Assembly (NCBI GenBank): GCA_001662655.1
Contig: KV460225.1
Origin: Pseudogymnoascus verrucosus
Taxonomy: Eukaryota
Direction: 5' to 3' (one strand)
Length of the DNA stretch: 64,000 nt
Part shown: positions 24,529 to 37,788 of the stretch, in pieces
Layout: each line of letters starts with the position of its first letter
Position numbering within the stretch: position 1 is the first letter of the stretch
The notes under the pieces: model-generated
Database searches by the model: none
What the model saw: only the letters and a program-made list of their open reading frames with translations
What the model was told of the DNA's origin: nothing
Position numbers and translations under genes: made by a program

Positions 24529-25614
24529 ATGTCTACTATGACTACCATGGCTACCATCGCCACACCTTCATCGAATTCTATCAATCCATTCCGCTTCCTC
24601 GACCTCAGCCCAGAATTGCGCAACAAGATCTATGAGCTTGTCCTCAGCTTCGATCGTCCTGTTAACCTCACCTGTACAACCGAGGTATACCGGGAGTACA
24701 CAAACTACCACATCAACAAATGCCCATCCGACAAGCACCACGAGCTCCCCAACCTCAACCGTGGCGCCGCAGACAGAGACGAGGCTACCTGGTGCGTGGA
24801 CCCGTACACAAACGTGCAGCGAAAACTCGACTTCCCGCGCTCCGTGCTGGGCCTACGCCATGTATGCAAGCAGATTGACGAGGAGATGCGGTACATTTTC
24901 TTCGCGATCAACGAGTTCCATTTCCGCAACGCGGCGCTCGCGCAGCGAGCTTTCGACCAAATGACAGATACGAAGGCGATGGAGGCGATCCAAGTGATGG
25001 GTTTCCGATTCTACGGGGACAATGCCCCCAAGCTATATCCGGCGCTGGCGAAGGCGTGTCCAAATTTGCGTGTGCTGAAGGTGTCGATGGATGCGAATAA
25101 ACAAGTGACCATTCCAGGCCAGCATAAAACATTGAGGCGTGCTCGTGGCGTGCATGCCTTTGCGTCGTATGTCGCTGGGTTGGAGAAGCTGGAGAAGTTC
25201 GAGATAGTTGGAACGGACTATGTGAATGAGATTGTGCATGGAGTCGAGAAGTCGGTGGAAGTTGACATAAACCACCCTCTGGCGATTGGACCGTGGTTTA
25301 GGACAAAGATCCAGATGGGGAAGATGGAGCGAGAGATAATCGGGAAAGAGGTCATTGAGAGAGAGAGGAGGGAGAAGGAGAAGAGAGAGAAAGAAATGAA
25401 GGAGAAAAGGAAGGAACAGAGGACGAGGAGCCTGGCAAAAAGGGCGGAGAGGGAAAGGGATAGGGTGAGGCTGGAGGCTGAGAGATTGGAGAGGGTGAAG
25501 CAAGAGACACTGAGATTGGATAGGGAGAGAAGGGTTCGAGAGAGACAAGACAGAGAGAGACGTGAAAGAGAGAGGGCGAGGGTGGGGCAGAGGTTTCGTA
25601 TCATATTCCCATAA
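24529..25614 (+). CDS. Hypothetical protein with N-terminal F-box-like motif and charged helical C-terminus
   Basis: FRFLDLSPELRNKIYELVL and L..CKQI..E motifs; E/R/K-rich tail. Confidence 0.75.
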   Translation: MSTMTTMATIATPSSNSINPFRFLDLSPELRNKIYELVLSFDRPVNLTCTTEVYREYTNYHINKCPSDKHHELPNLNRGAADRDEATWCVDPYTNVQRKLDFPRSVLGLRHVCKQIDEEMRYIFFAINEFHFRNAALAQRAFDQMTDTKAMEAIQVMGFRFYGDNAPKLYPALAKACPNLRVLKVSMDANKQVTIPGQHKTLRRARGVHAFASYVAGLEKLEKFEIVGTDYVNEIVHGVEKSVEVDINHPLAIGPWFRTKIQMGKMEREIIGKEVIERERREKEKREKEMKEKRKEQRTRSLAKRAERERDRVRLEAERLERVKQETLRLDRERRVRERQDRERRERERARVGQRFRIIFP

Positions 25615-26269
25615 CCGGAGGGTTTCTTCCTGAAGGCAACGACGATGCTTCCGAGATGGGAGGAGGTCGACAGGCAAAAACAAATGTTTTATTTGCGTTG
25701 CCAGCGCGCCGATATAAGGTTTCCGGTGTCTATTACGCTTGGGCGGGCAGTTGGGAAACGCATTGCGCGGAATCTAGAGGTAATTCTTAATATGATTTGC
25801 GAGCTGGTGGATTCTCAATGCGGTTTTACCGTTATTATTTTCTCAGAGGAGTTATTTTAATCAGGAGAGGCTTTCAAAGTGTTGAGATTTTCAGAGAACT
25901 CGCTCTCACCGAGCATCATTATTAGTTATCAAATGCATATTTATAAAACCACGAGAAGCTTTAAAACTGTCTAACCCTTGATTGTGACCTTGGTGGCACT
26001 ATCGCGCTAACCGCATTCCTCCCCACATGAGCGGTGTCCAGTGGCAGTAAGCCATAAACAACAGAATCAATCACCTTCAGCTTCCACCATCCCAGTTCCA
26101 CGACATCTGTGCATTGGTTGCCCTAACAAAGCTATATTGATACTGGTGGTAGCTGGAAGTTCAATTGAATTACCAGTGTTAGCTGAAAGCAGTGTCTGCG
26201 CAACTGTCAACAACCACGAGTCGCGAATCCTTGTCTGCAATTACGAACGCGTCTGGCGGGCCGTCAAAC

Positions 26270-27661
26270 ATGGTGAATTACAATCTTCCATATCTGGTAT
26301 GAACCACAACTAACTTTACAGGCTCCTGGGGCAGCTAAAATCCCGAAGAAGAGAGGACGACCTTCAAATGCGAGTTTACTGGAAGAGCGCGAGGAGCAGC
26401 CAGAAGCTCCCCCACCCAAACGGAAACGCGGCAGACCATCAAATGCAAGTAAAGCGCCTCAAGAGAGCGAGGAGACGCCGGAATCATCGCAACCTCGACG
26501 ACGACGCGACAAGGCGCAGCAAGAAGCCGAAGAAAGGCCCGAACCATCCCCACCCCGGCGAAAGCGCGGGCGGCCTTCGAATGCGAGCCGAGTACTACAA
26601 GAAATCGAGAACGAACCGGAAGTAGCTGCACCCCCACGAAAACGCGGGAGACCATCGAATGCGAGCAGAATAGCGGAGGAAGTTGAGAACAGATCCGAGC
26701 AAATACGAGACAAACCAGCAAAGAAGAAGGCACGAGTGTCAACAGGAGGCGAATCTTCCCAGCGATCAGAAGCCGGCCCGAACAAGCGCGCAAGAGAGCC
26801 AGGGACGCGCCAATCACCACGGACACGTCAATCGCCACGAGCCGCCTCGCCCCCCTCACCCCTCCCATTCCAGCACCTCGAGCCCGTGGAATGCGGCATC
26901 TCCCACAACACCATCGACGCCACATGGGAGCCCCTCCCCGCCACCGCCCACGACCGCGCCATGCAGCTCCTCGGCGACATCGAGAAGTCAGTCGTGCAGC
27001 GCCTCCGCGACGAGCGTAAGCGGACTCAGGCGAGCACGGCGATCCAGATGGTGACGCGGCGGCTGGGGCGCAAGATTGGGCGGGGGTTGCCGTTTCCGCC
27101 TGGGTCGCGGCCGCAGCGGGAGGAGGATTTTGATTTCGAGCGGATACTGGATGCGACGAGGAAGCACGAGGGGCTGTTGACGCCGGCACTGCATGCGAGG
27201 GAGTTATTGAAGTCGGAGATTAGGAGGGAGGAGGCGATGTTGGAGAGGGAGCAGGAGGCACTGGAGAAGCTGGAGAAGAATGCGGCTGCGGAGCGGGGGA
27301 GGAGGAAGGCGGAAGCGAAGAAATTACATCCTTCTCTTGCGAAGAGGGGGGCAGAAGTGGTGGAGTGGGGTGATCGCGATCAACTCAACCTTGCAGATGA
27401 GCAGACTACGGCGGATGTGCTAGATGTGAGTCTACTAATTGTTTCTCGATAGGATGCGGCTAATTTGCGTAGGACGCGAAAATCGATGACGACCTGAGGC
27501 TGATTGTGGAGGAGCTACAGAATCACCTGGAGAGCATGGAGAATAACTTCAAGCAAGTCGAAGGCGTCATCCCTGCGATAGAGAAGAGCGAGGCAAATAT
27601 CCGGGCTGCTCTGTTGACGCAGATCGATGAGCAGCGCTACGAGCAAATCATTATGGGATGA
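26270..27661 (+). CDS. Kinetochore CENP-Q/Okp1/Fta7-like protein with N-terminal AT-hook repeats
   Basis: ATG micro-exon, intron 26273-26321, four KRGRPSNAS repeats, then I...WEPL...LPFPP...EEDFDFERILD and a coiled coil; second intron ~27426-27472. Confidence 0.8.
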
Positions 27662-28044
27662 ACGGTCGACTTTGTTCGGTCGGATCGATGCACAGCGCCA
27701 CGAGGAAGTCATTGCGGGTTGAAGCATCTGCTCTGTTGGATCCGATAGATGAACAGCGCCACGAAGAAGCCATTATGGGTTGAAGGGTCTCCTTATGGGA
27801 TGAAGGGTCAGCTCTGTTTGGTCGGATTGATGCTCCGCGCCATGAGCAAGCCATGGGTTGAAGCGTATACTCAGTTGGATCAGATCAATGGACGGCGCCA
27901 TCAGCATGTGACTATAGTATGCATGCCCGGCCAGCTCTGTCGATCATGTCAATGCGCAAGGATATTGACATGCTACTACGGGATGAACTGGTGGGATCTG
28001 TTGAACTAAACCGATGCACAGTGCCATGAGGATGTTATAATGGG
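27610..28044 (+). repeat. ~60-bp degenerate tandem array derived from the CENP-Q 3' end
   Basis: About seven units resembling CTCTGTT..CRGATCGATG..CAGCGCCAYGAG.AA..CATTATGGG.TGAA. Confidence 0.75.
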
Positions 28045-28712
28045 CACATTATTATGATATGAAGCGTCGAGGAAGTGGTTTAATGCCAGGAAATGATATA
28101 CCCCCCTGCAGAGTTCTACTGCAGAATTCTAGAACGAATTATGATCCGTATAAATTATGAATATGATGAGTGAAACCACCTCGTATTTGCTGCATTCGTG
28201 TCTCATGAAAGATATACTCTTTCCTGTATTGTGCATATTGTAACTCCATAATTACTTCTCCTTGGTTGCTGGATCAGCAGCGTCGACAGCTTGGCCCACT
28301 CCGTTCCCATGTGCTCGGTGAATCAGATGTTCGGCATTGCTCACCCACTCCACTACTGCAAGGCGGGCGCGGGGCGCGGGCTAATTTTTAGCATCATAGA
28401 AACTTGGAGAGGGGAACGGGACATGACCCGAACCCTGCGAATCGCCTCTTTACCTCCAATCCCTCCCATCTTACTCGATTCTGGCCCAAAATAAATGCCA
28501 CAAGCCTGCGCGCATACCCATTTCCACCATTCTCGAGCCTTCATACACGTCGCCGCCGCCGTGCGACTTGTTCTTCTGCGTGCGCCGCTGGTCCTGCAGC
28601 GTGCCGGGTATCGCGATCCTGCCTGACCCGAGGTACAAGCCGAAAAAGGCGCTCACACACAACCTGAGCAACAGACGTTAAATGGAAGCCGTCGTGCTCC
28701 AGATCCGATGTC

Positions 28713-30676
28713 ATGGAACACAATGGCGACAGGAATAGGCCGCGCAAGACGTCGCAGACCCCTCCTGCTGCTCCTGCGCCTGCAGCAGCGACGAGCGCCA
28801 CCAAGAATCCAAAGAAGAGGCGCAAGGTGAATCATGGTGAGCACACGACCTGACTGCTGCTTGGGCAGCAAAATCCCTTCACGTCCGCCCTGTTCCATTT
28901 TTCCGTGCTTTTTTTTTCCTGCGCTGTCGCTAATCCTGGAACGCGTGCCTACAGCTTGTGTATATTGCCGTCGTTCTGTAAGTCATCGATTGGTCCAGCT
29001 CACTTCAATGCTAGTTGTGTCGCATGTGAGTTTGTGCAGATTGCTTGTGCTGACCTGATACCTTTGAAATAGCATATGACATGCGACTTGGTACGACCCT
29101 CTTGTCTTCTTGCGACCCTCCCCCCCTCCCTCTTCACCGTCTCAGCCACGGCCGAACATCTCAGGCACTAGCAAGGCTAACTCTGCTTCGTCGCACAGGA
29201 AAGACCTTGCGCCCGTTGTATAAAGCGAAACATCGGCCACCTCTGCCACGACGAGCGACGCGAATCAGACTCGTCCACGAAGAAAGTGAAGGCGCGACAA
29301 AGCACCGCTGGCGAAGATGAAGACGGCGCAACTGCAGAGCCCACCCAGCCAGCAGAAAGCGGTATGAGCAGCTCGCTCGACCAGCGCGTCGACCAGGCAC
29401 GCGAGGACGCCTTGGTGGGAGTCGGCACCGCGTCGATGCCACCACAACAAGCGCCGCTCCAGATCGTGCAACCGTCGCCCGTTTCGGGCGCACAGGCAAA
29501 CGCGTTGAGTAGAACGAGTGGGCGCTGTATGTGGATCTCGTGGGGCCCCTTTTCTGGTGGCGATGGCTAACCGTCTTACAGTCATTGGAGACCGACCGAG
29601 CGATTGGCCTGGGGCGCAGAGCCAATACCAAGACATGCATAACTACCATCCCTCCTATATGTTTAACACTTCGGAATTCACGAACGAGTTTAACCTGCTC
29701 AATGATTTTTTGAATAACAGCCTTCTCGACGACGGCGGACTGCTCGAGGGCGACGCTGCCCACTTCTACAACGATCAATCCCTTCTCATGTCCAGCGGTA
29801 TGAATAACAACGGGATACCCGCCAACTTCCAGCAGAACGCCGTGCAGGCGAGCAATCAGAATGGGAAGGCCATCTCGAGGCCTGCAAGCGCCATGCCCAC
29901 TGACAAGGCCAAAGAATACTACCTCCAGGCTGCAGATCCGACCGGTAACGACACACCCGAAGAGCGAATGAACCGTCTGCTACAAGCGAAGTACGACGCA
30001 GGCATGCTGAAGCCGTTTAACTACGTGAGAGGCTACGCACAGCTCTCGTCCTACATGGACGTTCACATCAACGCCGCGTCGAAGCAGAAGATCCTGCGCC
30101 AGCTCGACCGATTCCGACCCAAGTTCAGAGAGAAGGTGCAGAAGCTGACGGATATCGAGCTGATCTACGTCGAGATGTGGTTCGAGAAGACGCTGATGGA
30201 ATACGATCGCGTTTTTGCCAGTATGGCGATACCGGCGTGCTGCTGGCGAAGAACGGGCGAGATTTTTAGAGGGAACAAGGAGATGGCTGAGCTCATCCAT
30301 GTGCCGATCGAGCAGATGCGGGATGTGAGTTGTCTTCTACCTCTTCTCCTGCAAAAAATGCTAATCGCGCGTCGTCGTAGGGCAAAATTGGGATCCACGA
30401 GATACTGACGGAAGACTCCCTGGTCAACTACTGGGAGAAATTCGGTGCCATCGCCTTCGACCAGAATCAGAAGGCTCTCTTGACGAGTTGTTCACTGAAG
30501 AATCCGGTCGAGGGCTCTACAGACAAGCCCATAAAATGCTGTTTTTCATTCACGATACGGAGAGACGAGAACAAGATGTGAGGCTCCTCCCTTTCCTCCA
30601 ACTCTTTGCATTACTTATACTGATCCATCTCATCCACAGACCCACCCTTATTGTTGGAAACTTCCTACCACAATAG
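28713..30676 (+). CDS. acuM: Zn2Cys6 transcription factor of gluconeogenesis (AcuM/Rds2 type)
   Basis: Spliced zinc cluster KRRKVNHACVYCRRSHMTCDLERPCARCIKRNIGHLCHDE; C-terminal KPFNYVRGY..EYDRVFASMAIPACCWRRTGEI. Confidence 0.85.
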
Positions 30677-31135
30677 AGCATCAGGTAGGAAAGGCGTAAT
30701 GATAAAATTAAAAAGCGCGATCAAAAAAATAGAAGTTTCTAGGAGTAGGGAAAGGCAACATTCTGGATTTTATACGCATGGCTCGTTTCCTTGGTATATC
30801 TGAGGCATAATCGTCGGCGGGGAGCCACTAAGACGTTTTGGGTTGAGGCCTGTTCTGAGGGGAGTGTGTTGATGACCCTCGTGGGTTTTGTACTTCTTCT
30901 GTAGGTAGAGCTCGGTTTATATCTGCGCATTCTTTCTCCGCGAAATAGAATATGTGATCTTCCGTACTATACTATACTTGTTCCATCTGTGAGGTTTCTA
31001 TATGACGTTCATTTGTACTTGTGGCATCCTTTTCCTGCTTCTCAGTCCCCGTTGAAGCAGCCAGTCGGTTTTATCTCAGTTCAGTGTCAATATTTTACTT
31101 TGAACAGTTATTATTCCCTTCCTTCGCGCTTCCAA

Positions 31136-34100
31136 ATGACAAATCTACCTCCTGGGAAGCGGCAGGCTAAAGAGAAGCGTGTTGCTGCTCTTCTTTGTTA
31201 GTATTGACCTCTTTCTTCAAAGCTGGCACAACTGACAAACCCCACTCACCAGCCTTCTCTGCAACTACCCGAAGCAAACTTGCACCACTTCCGTCCGGAC
31301 CAGCCTCACTGAACCTTCAAACACAACTCCACGAACAGATCAACGGATTCCCCAGTAGCCTCACATCTCTCGCCGTTTCGAAGCATCAAGATCTCGATAC
31401 AGAAGGCTTGACACTATGGAACCTCGCCACACGGCTCATGCGGTCCAAGGACTTCCCAATCTCACCGGAGCAACGGGCGACACTGCTTGCGGCGCGGGTG
31501 TTTGCCTTTCTGCTGTTGGATGGTGGGCTAGGCAAGGGCAACACTTCACCCGTCTTTGTTTCACGCCTTATGAAGATTGCGCTCAAGGCTGCGAAGGGTT
31601 GCATTGGTAGGCCCCCATACTGGATTCACGGTAATGTAGACTGACAGCTGAGATGCAGATGCCAAGAGGCTTGATTTTGCACTCAAGGTGTTGGAGAAGG
31701 CGGCCGTGTACGAAGGCCAACTTTCCATGCATGATGGCACTGTAAAGTCATCACTCGAGAAATCAGAGACGTACTCTCAGTTACAATCGGAATACTATGT
31801 GGTCAGAACAACTTTGGTGAGAAGATTTTCCCCCTGACAACCGCCTTTTCTCTCCTCATGACTACCATTGCTGACTTCCCCCCAGGCCTGGCGCCAGGAC
31901 AAAGTTGAAGTCGCAGAACACATGTATAAGAAAGCAGCGCTATCCGACAACACCCTCGATCCCGATACCGCTGAAAGCCTGGGAGACCTCCTCTATGAAA
32001 TGGGGAGAGATTTCTTCAAAAAGAAACAACATGAGTTGGCGGATAAGTGGTTGGAGCGAGCTTCTAGAATCATCACAGGACAGGAGATAGATAGGCTGAG
32101 TACTGACGCGACGAATCTTCAGACCAGCATCATACAAGCCCGTGTCCAGGCCCTTCTTGCCATTGAGAGAGAGGATGCTCTCGATATGGCAAATAGTTTG
32201 ATTAACAACCTCGAGAGCGAGGTTGGGGACAGGTTAATCGTTCTCCTGCTAAAACTTGAGGTGCTGTCAGCACCTGTCAGCCGGACTTTCGACTGTAGTG
32301 CATACGGCGATGTGATATACAGGATGATACGAACAGTCATGTTGACAGAAGGAAATTTCAAGCTGATAATGCACCATATTCGGAAGCTGAACGACAAGGG
32401 GCCAAGTCTCGCTTGTAGTATGCTTGACTCGTTTCTGCAGAGTCGTCTTTTCGAAGCCGGAAATGAGGAATGGATCGAGAAGGCTCTCGTCAATAGGATA
32501 TGGATATCTACGAATACAAGGGATTGCCCAGAGGTGTTGAAATCCGTGGGGGAGGTCTTAGAAGCCGTTGGCTCAAATATTAGCAAACCTTTGAGCGCGT
32601 CAGCCACTCATGCGGCCCAGACAGTGAGTCTATGCCCCGATTCAAAGATATGGAGACTAATTGAAGAAGCTGTTGTGGAAGCGCATTGAGTCAAATTACA
32701 GCGATGGGAATTACGAAGCTGCTGAAGATTGGTGCAGGTTGGCTATGCAGAAAGTTTTCGAGCAAGCCGGAGATATGAACAAAGCTAAGATTGTCAGGTA
32801 ATTAAGCAGTGTAATCACATATTGGAGGCACGCTGACCTATTCGTAGAAAGCTCTTACTTTGCGCTCTCAGTCGGGGCGATGTATCTGATGCTCGCGGAA
32901 TTATTGGTCAGATTCCAGGGTCATCCAAAGATGATCCGATGACTCGGTTTTTGATGTTCAAAATCGCAATCCGTTCCAATGAACTTGAATTAGCTTCGGC
33001 GTGCCTCGGAAAGGTCTACGAGGCAGCAACGGATGACTATACCATGATATATGCATGCGTTATTGATGCGCAGCAAGTTGGTGACAGGACGCTTGCCCTT
33101 GCAGGCCTCCAATTAGTCCTGCAAAAATACGAGTACAATGCACCTTCAGCCGTCAATTTTCCCGCTCTGCTCAGATGCATGATACGATTTATATTGTCAC
33201 AGCTAGAGTCGGGGGAACCAGAGAAAGACATCGACGTACCTTCAGCAGTCGATCAGTTATGCAGGCTATTTGATGGTGGTACGGCCATGATCCGCGCTGC
33301 CGTTCTCACGAAATTCAGCTAATATATTGTAGGCTCCACGCACGCTCAGAGATCGATCAAGCAGGAGGATAAGAACAACGGAACTAAACTGTGGACAATA
33401 CAAGAGCTGGATTGGTTCTCTAAGAATGCGTACAATCTATCGTTAAAGTATAGCTCCGAGTGGCACCCCGAACAGGTTCTACAAATCATCCAGAGCTGCA
33501 TCAAATTCGCCAGCCTATATCCAAAAGATATCGACAATGCAACCTCAAACGATGTGACACACCGTCACATCTTCTGTGACTTTCTTTCCGTGATATTACT
33601 AGTCTCAGTAGCTCGAGCAGAAGACAACATTGAAGCTCAACTGCAGGATTATCTCGAGCTTAGGAAACACGTCGATAGTTTTGATGCTCGCCTTCAATCT
33701 ATTATTGATGTTCTTGAAGAAGGCCCACAGCAAGACCTTCTAAAGAAACTGGCAACTCTTCTCGTGTTTGACTTTGAAGCCGCAATCCGCCTCAAAGCCT
33801 GGGACGATCTCACCGAAATAATCCTAAAGGCTGATTGCTGCAAAAGTATGAAAATCTATGAGAAGATGTCAGATATGCTTCTGTCGGAACCCAGTATTCC
33901 CGTCGCAGGTATATGTCTTTTCTATACTCTCTCTAGACCCCCTTCGCTCATGACCATATGTGCCGTGCGCTGACGAGTATAGTTCTCATTCCAACACTCA
34001 AACGCGTTGTCAATGAAGCTTGGTCCCTCGAGTCCTTCGATATTGCCAAGCTTTCGCGGTATATGCGTTGCCTCTTCCGCCTTGGGCTTTCCTCTGGCGA

Positions 34101-34377
34101 TGGGCCGCTGGCGGAGAGCCTTCTCGACCAGGTTTCGGAGTTGGCCAGCTCGGCAGAAAACAGCGAGACGTCGTATCCGTTGGAGGAGCTGGAGTATGTG
34201 GCCACAACTGCATTCAACCGCGCGGTGGACTATTATTGTACTGGCGAGGATGATGCGTGCAGGAGGTGGGCGGAAAAGGCAATTGGTGTAGCAGGGTTCT
34301 GTGCGGATGGAGGAGGCTTGAGAAACCTGTTGCAAGAGAAGCTGGTTGGGCTACAATTTGCTAAGGAGGGGGCGTGA
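31136..34377 (+). CDS. SPO22: Meiotic TPR protein Spo22/Zip4
   Basis: LDTEGLTLWN, AWRQDKVEVAEHMYKK, ELDWFSKNAYNL and YPLEELEYVATTAFNRAVD; multi-exon helical repeat protein. Confidence 0.82.
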
Positions 34378-34683
34378 GGAACAAAAATATGTTCAGTAGC
34401 TTGAAGTATGCCCAGTGCCTTCTTTTTGGGGTTGGCGATTTATTATTTAGCTATTTACTGTTGCATACCCTCTATAGATATGGCAATACATATATGCTTC
34501 CCTAGTTCACGGGTTAATCAGTAATCTCTTGCTAATCTTATGCACTCGTATTATTGCTACGGCTAAAGTTCTCAGATATTAATGGTAAAGATGTGTACAA
34601 CCAACTCCCCCCCACAAACAGACCTTCTAACTTCCAACTTGGAACCCCCAACATTCACCCCCCTAGCCCACCCCTCCAACTTC

Positions 34684-35692
34684 TCACTTAGAAACCACAG
34701 CCATCGCCACCCTAGTCCACTCCTCTAACCTCTCCGCAAGCTGCTCATCCTTCGCCGCACCACTCTGGCACCTCAGCTCTCCAAAACGCTTAAAGATCTC
34801 CATATACGCCCCGCTCTGCTCCGCCGTCATATCCTGACTAGCCGCACAAAACACACTATTCCACGACCCCTTATCCGCAGGCCATATCAATCCGACCATG
34901 CGCATGATTGAGAGAAGACTCGAAATGCCTGTCCCGGACTCCTCCACCGATGTGGCAAGGTTCGTATCAACCACGCCGGGATGCACAGACGAAACCCAGA
35001 TCTCGCCCCCCCCGTTCTGCGCACTGGGAGAACCGGGGCCGTACGAATTTTGCAGAGTCTTGGTGTGCAGAATATTGGCCAGCTTGCTCTGTCCGTATCG
35101 TGACCATGGGCCGCTGTCCTTGAGTGATAGATCATCGAAATTGATACCGCCCTTGGGTGCGCTCAAGTGACCCGATGAAGTTAGATTGACGATGCGGACG
35201 CTGCCAGGAGAAAGCGTCTTGGAAGTCTGCAACATGAGAGGGAGAAGATGCTCCGTCAAAACCCAGTGGGAGAGGTAGTTGGTCTGCCACTGGGCCTCGT
35301 AACCATCCTTCGTCATTTCAAAAGGCGTAGCCATGATGCCTGCATTGTTGACCAGGCCATGCAGGGTTGTTTCGAGGGTGATGAATAACTTGGCGGCTGC
35401 GACGACGCTGGTGAGGTCCATGAGGTCCATTTGCAGGAGGTCGATATTGGCTGAGGGGTGCATTTTCTTGATGTTTCTGATGGCTTCTGTGCCCTTCTTT
35501 GGGGATCGGGCGCACATGTAGACGTGGGCGCCATGTTCTGCTAGGTGGGATACGGTATAGTAGCCTCTGTGCTTTGGTCAGATTGGTGATTCAGGTTTGT
35601 AGTGAAAGGAAAACTTACATGCCGGAGTTCCCACCGGTGACTATGAATACTTTGCCCTTGAGGACGGGTAGAGTGTCGGGATGGAAAGTCAT
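34684..35692 (-). CDS. Short-chain dehydrogenase/reductase
   Basis: IVTGGNSGIG across one intron, NNAGIM, YGQSKLAN (YxxxK), HPGVV. Confidence 0.92.
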
Positions 35693-36368
35693 GTTTAAGA
35701 CGAGTACTTGAGTTGATGTGTGAAGGTGTAATAGTAAGGAATAGATAATTCAATGTCTGATACCGAGTTCTATTTTTGATGATACAAAAAGATCGGTTTA
35801 AATAAAGGATTTGCCATCATATTTATATTGGGTTCATTGAACAATGTCCGAGACTCTTCCACGTACATGTTATTCCAATTATCATATGTGGTGAGCAGGC
35901 TGCATAACCTTGGACCAATCGCCCAACATCAAACTTAGATCGAGTTTGTGAGCCACCTGCATGAACTTTAGGGCTCACTGCCGTATCAGTAGCTGCTCTT
36001 TAAACTAGCCACCTTGTAAAAATCATAATGTTGCGCGTCTGCCAATTAACCAGTGTATCCGTGCCATGATGCTAGGATCGTGATCCTAGTCTACAATGTG
36101 AGCAGACTGCATGACGCTAGACCTCCTTAAGTTGGACCCTATAGTAGTAGCTAATAATATCGCGTCAATTCACTAACCCTAACTCCTAGCTCCTAACCCC
36201 TGTCTGTCTACGCGTTAGCTTATTAGTTGGGGCTCCGCCCCGCAGGCTGACTGTTGACTGTCTGTCAGATTCGTCATGGTGATTGTGAGCAGGCTACATA
36301 AAACTCCCTTGGCTGATTTGAAGCAACTTCCATCGTCCATCATTAGATTCATTATCACCGTAATTGCT

Positions 36369-37476
36369 ATGTCCGAGAGCATCATGACTAGTACGTACCA
36401 GCCTGTAAATCCGGTAGCACCGCGTTACCAACTCACGTCGATGCCACAGTTGGCCGAAGTACGTATTAGGCCGCGTTGAATCACCGAGACGACGTGACTT
36501 GCTCACTGCATACAGGCAATAAGCAAGGAAGACGACTGGACTGGGACCAAGGATGCTGCAGCGCGCAGAAGGGCACAGACTAGGCTTAACACAAGGGCAT
36601 ACCGTTAGTAATTCCCTTTTGTTTAAGTTTGGAGTCAGGAGGCAGGAGATGGGAGATAGGACTAGTCCGATCGAGGTGTATCCCATTCCCGAAACTGATA
36701 GTTAAGTAGGAAAACGCAAAGCCTTGGCTGCAAATAAGACACCGGTTAAATCAGAAGAGCTGGTAGAGTGCTGGGACATTAAGCAGCAATCCTTCTCCGT
36801 CGTCCCAGCATCCCGTATTAAGGAATTATACAATGGCAGAAGTGCCTTGCTGCCGGATAAACAAAGAAAAGCCCAGTTTAACATTGTCTTCCCTCTCTGC
36901 CCAGACCACCTCATTACACTCCTCCAATACAACGCCCTCCGCGCTCTGGCTGTCAACCGCACTCTAATCTCAGGCATCCTTGTTACGCCGCTCGACTGTG
37001 GCGAAGAAATTATCCACGTCATCCCTTACCCCTCCAAGCCCGAACTGCTCCCTTTATCACTTTTGCCCACCGTCCTTCAACAAACGGTGCCGCACGGGGA
37101 CTGGATTGACATGTTCCCGTGTCCCGAGGGGCGAGACCGACTAATTCGAGCCGCCGGCACCTTCGACGAGGACGAGCTCTGGGCCGACTGCATCGGCGGG
37201 CTGTTCGAAGGCTTTCCCGACGACGAGGTCGAGCGACGCGGCATTATTGCGTGGTCGCCGCCTTGGGATATCACCGGGTGGGAGATGTCGGAAGGGTTTA
37301 TGAGGAAATGGGGATGGCTGTTCAAAGGGTTGCCGGGGCCGTTGGCGGCGACGAATCGGTGGCGGATGCAGAGAGGCGAAGAACCGTTTACTCATGATGA
37401 CTGCATGTCACATGCAACCGTGTTACCTTTGTGTTGTCCAGATACTTCTTCGTCATCGGATGAGCTGGGTGTTTAA
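36369..37476 (+). CDS. bZIP-like / DUF3425-type regulator
   Basis: Spliced basic region EDDWTGTKDAAARRRAQTRLNTRAY; C-terminal DHLI.L.QYN, L.PT.LQ..VPH..WID.FP, WE.SEGF..KW and TNRWR..RGE. Confidence 0.8.
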
Positions 37477-37627
37477 GACTTTAGGTAGTATTACTACACT
37501 AGGAATAGTCCACCAGTCCTTTCGGCCCTATATGTGGCACTGAGAGAGTGCAGTAAATGTCCATAATGCGAAGAGCCAGCAAGGAGGCGCTCCAAATTGG
37601 GGTTTTATCAATTGACTAGGCTGTTCT

Positions 37628-37788
37628 ATCTGTTGGTATTTGGGTTCATATGGGTCGTGGCGGTCAGGTTTCTTTCAAGAACCCCTTTATCTGTTTATAA
37701 TTTGGGTCCATATTGGCCGTAGCGGCGAGCTTTCTTTCAAGAACTCTTTTATCTGTTCGTAGTTTGGGTTCGTATTGCTCGTGGCGCT
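37628..37788. repeat. ~61-bp degenerate tandem repeat (~2.6 copies)
   Basis: TATCTGTT....TTTGGGT.C.TAT.G..CGT.GCG recurs at 37628, 37688 and 37750. Confidence 0.7.

Noticed and set aside
25033..25683. Leu/Ser/Pro-rich minus-strand ORFs
   Set aside because: Antisense of the purine-rich charged tail of the plus-strand gene.
23670..28044. Repeat arrays as CRISPR-like loci
   Set aside because: Eukaryotic context, degenerate tandem units without unique spacers, and no cas genes.
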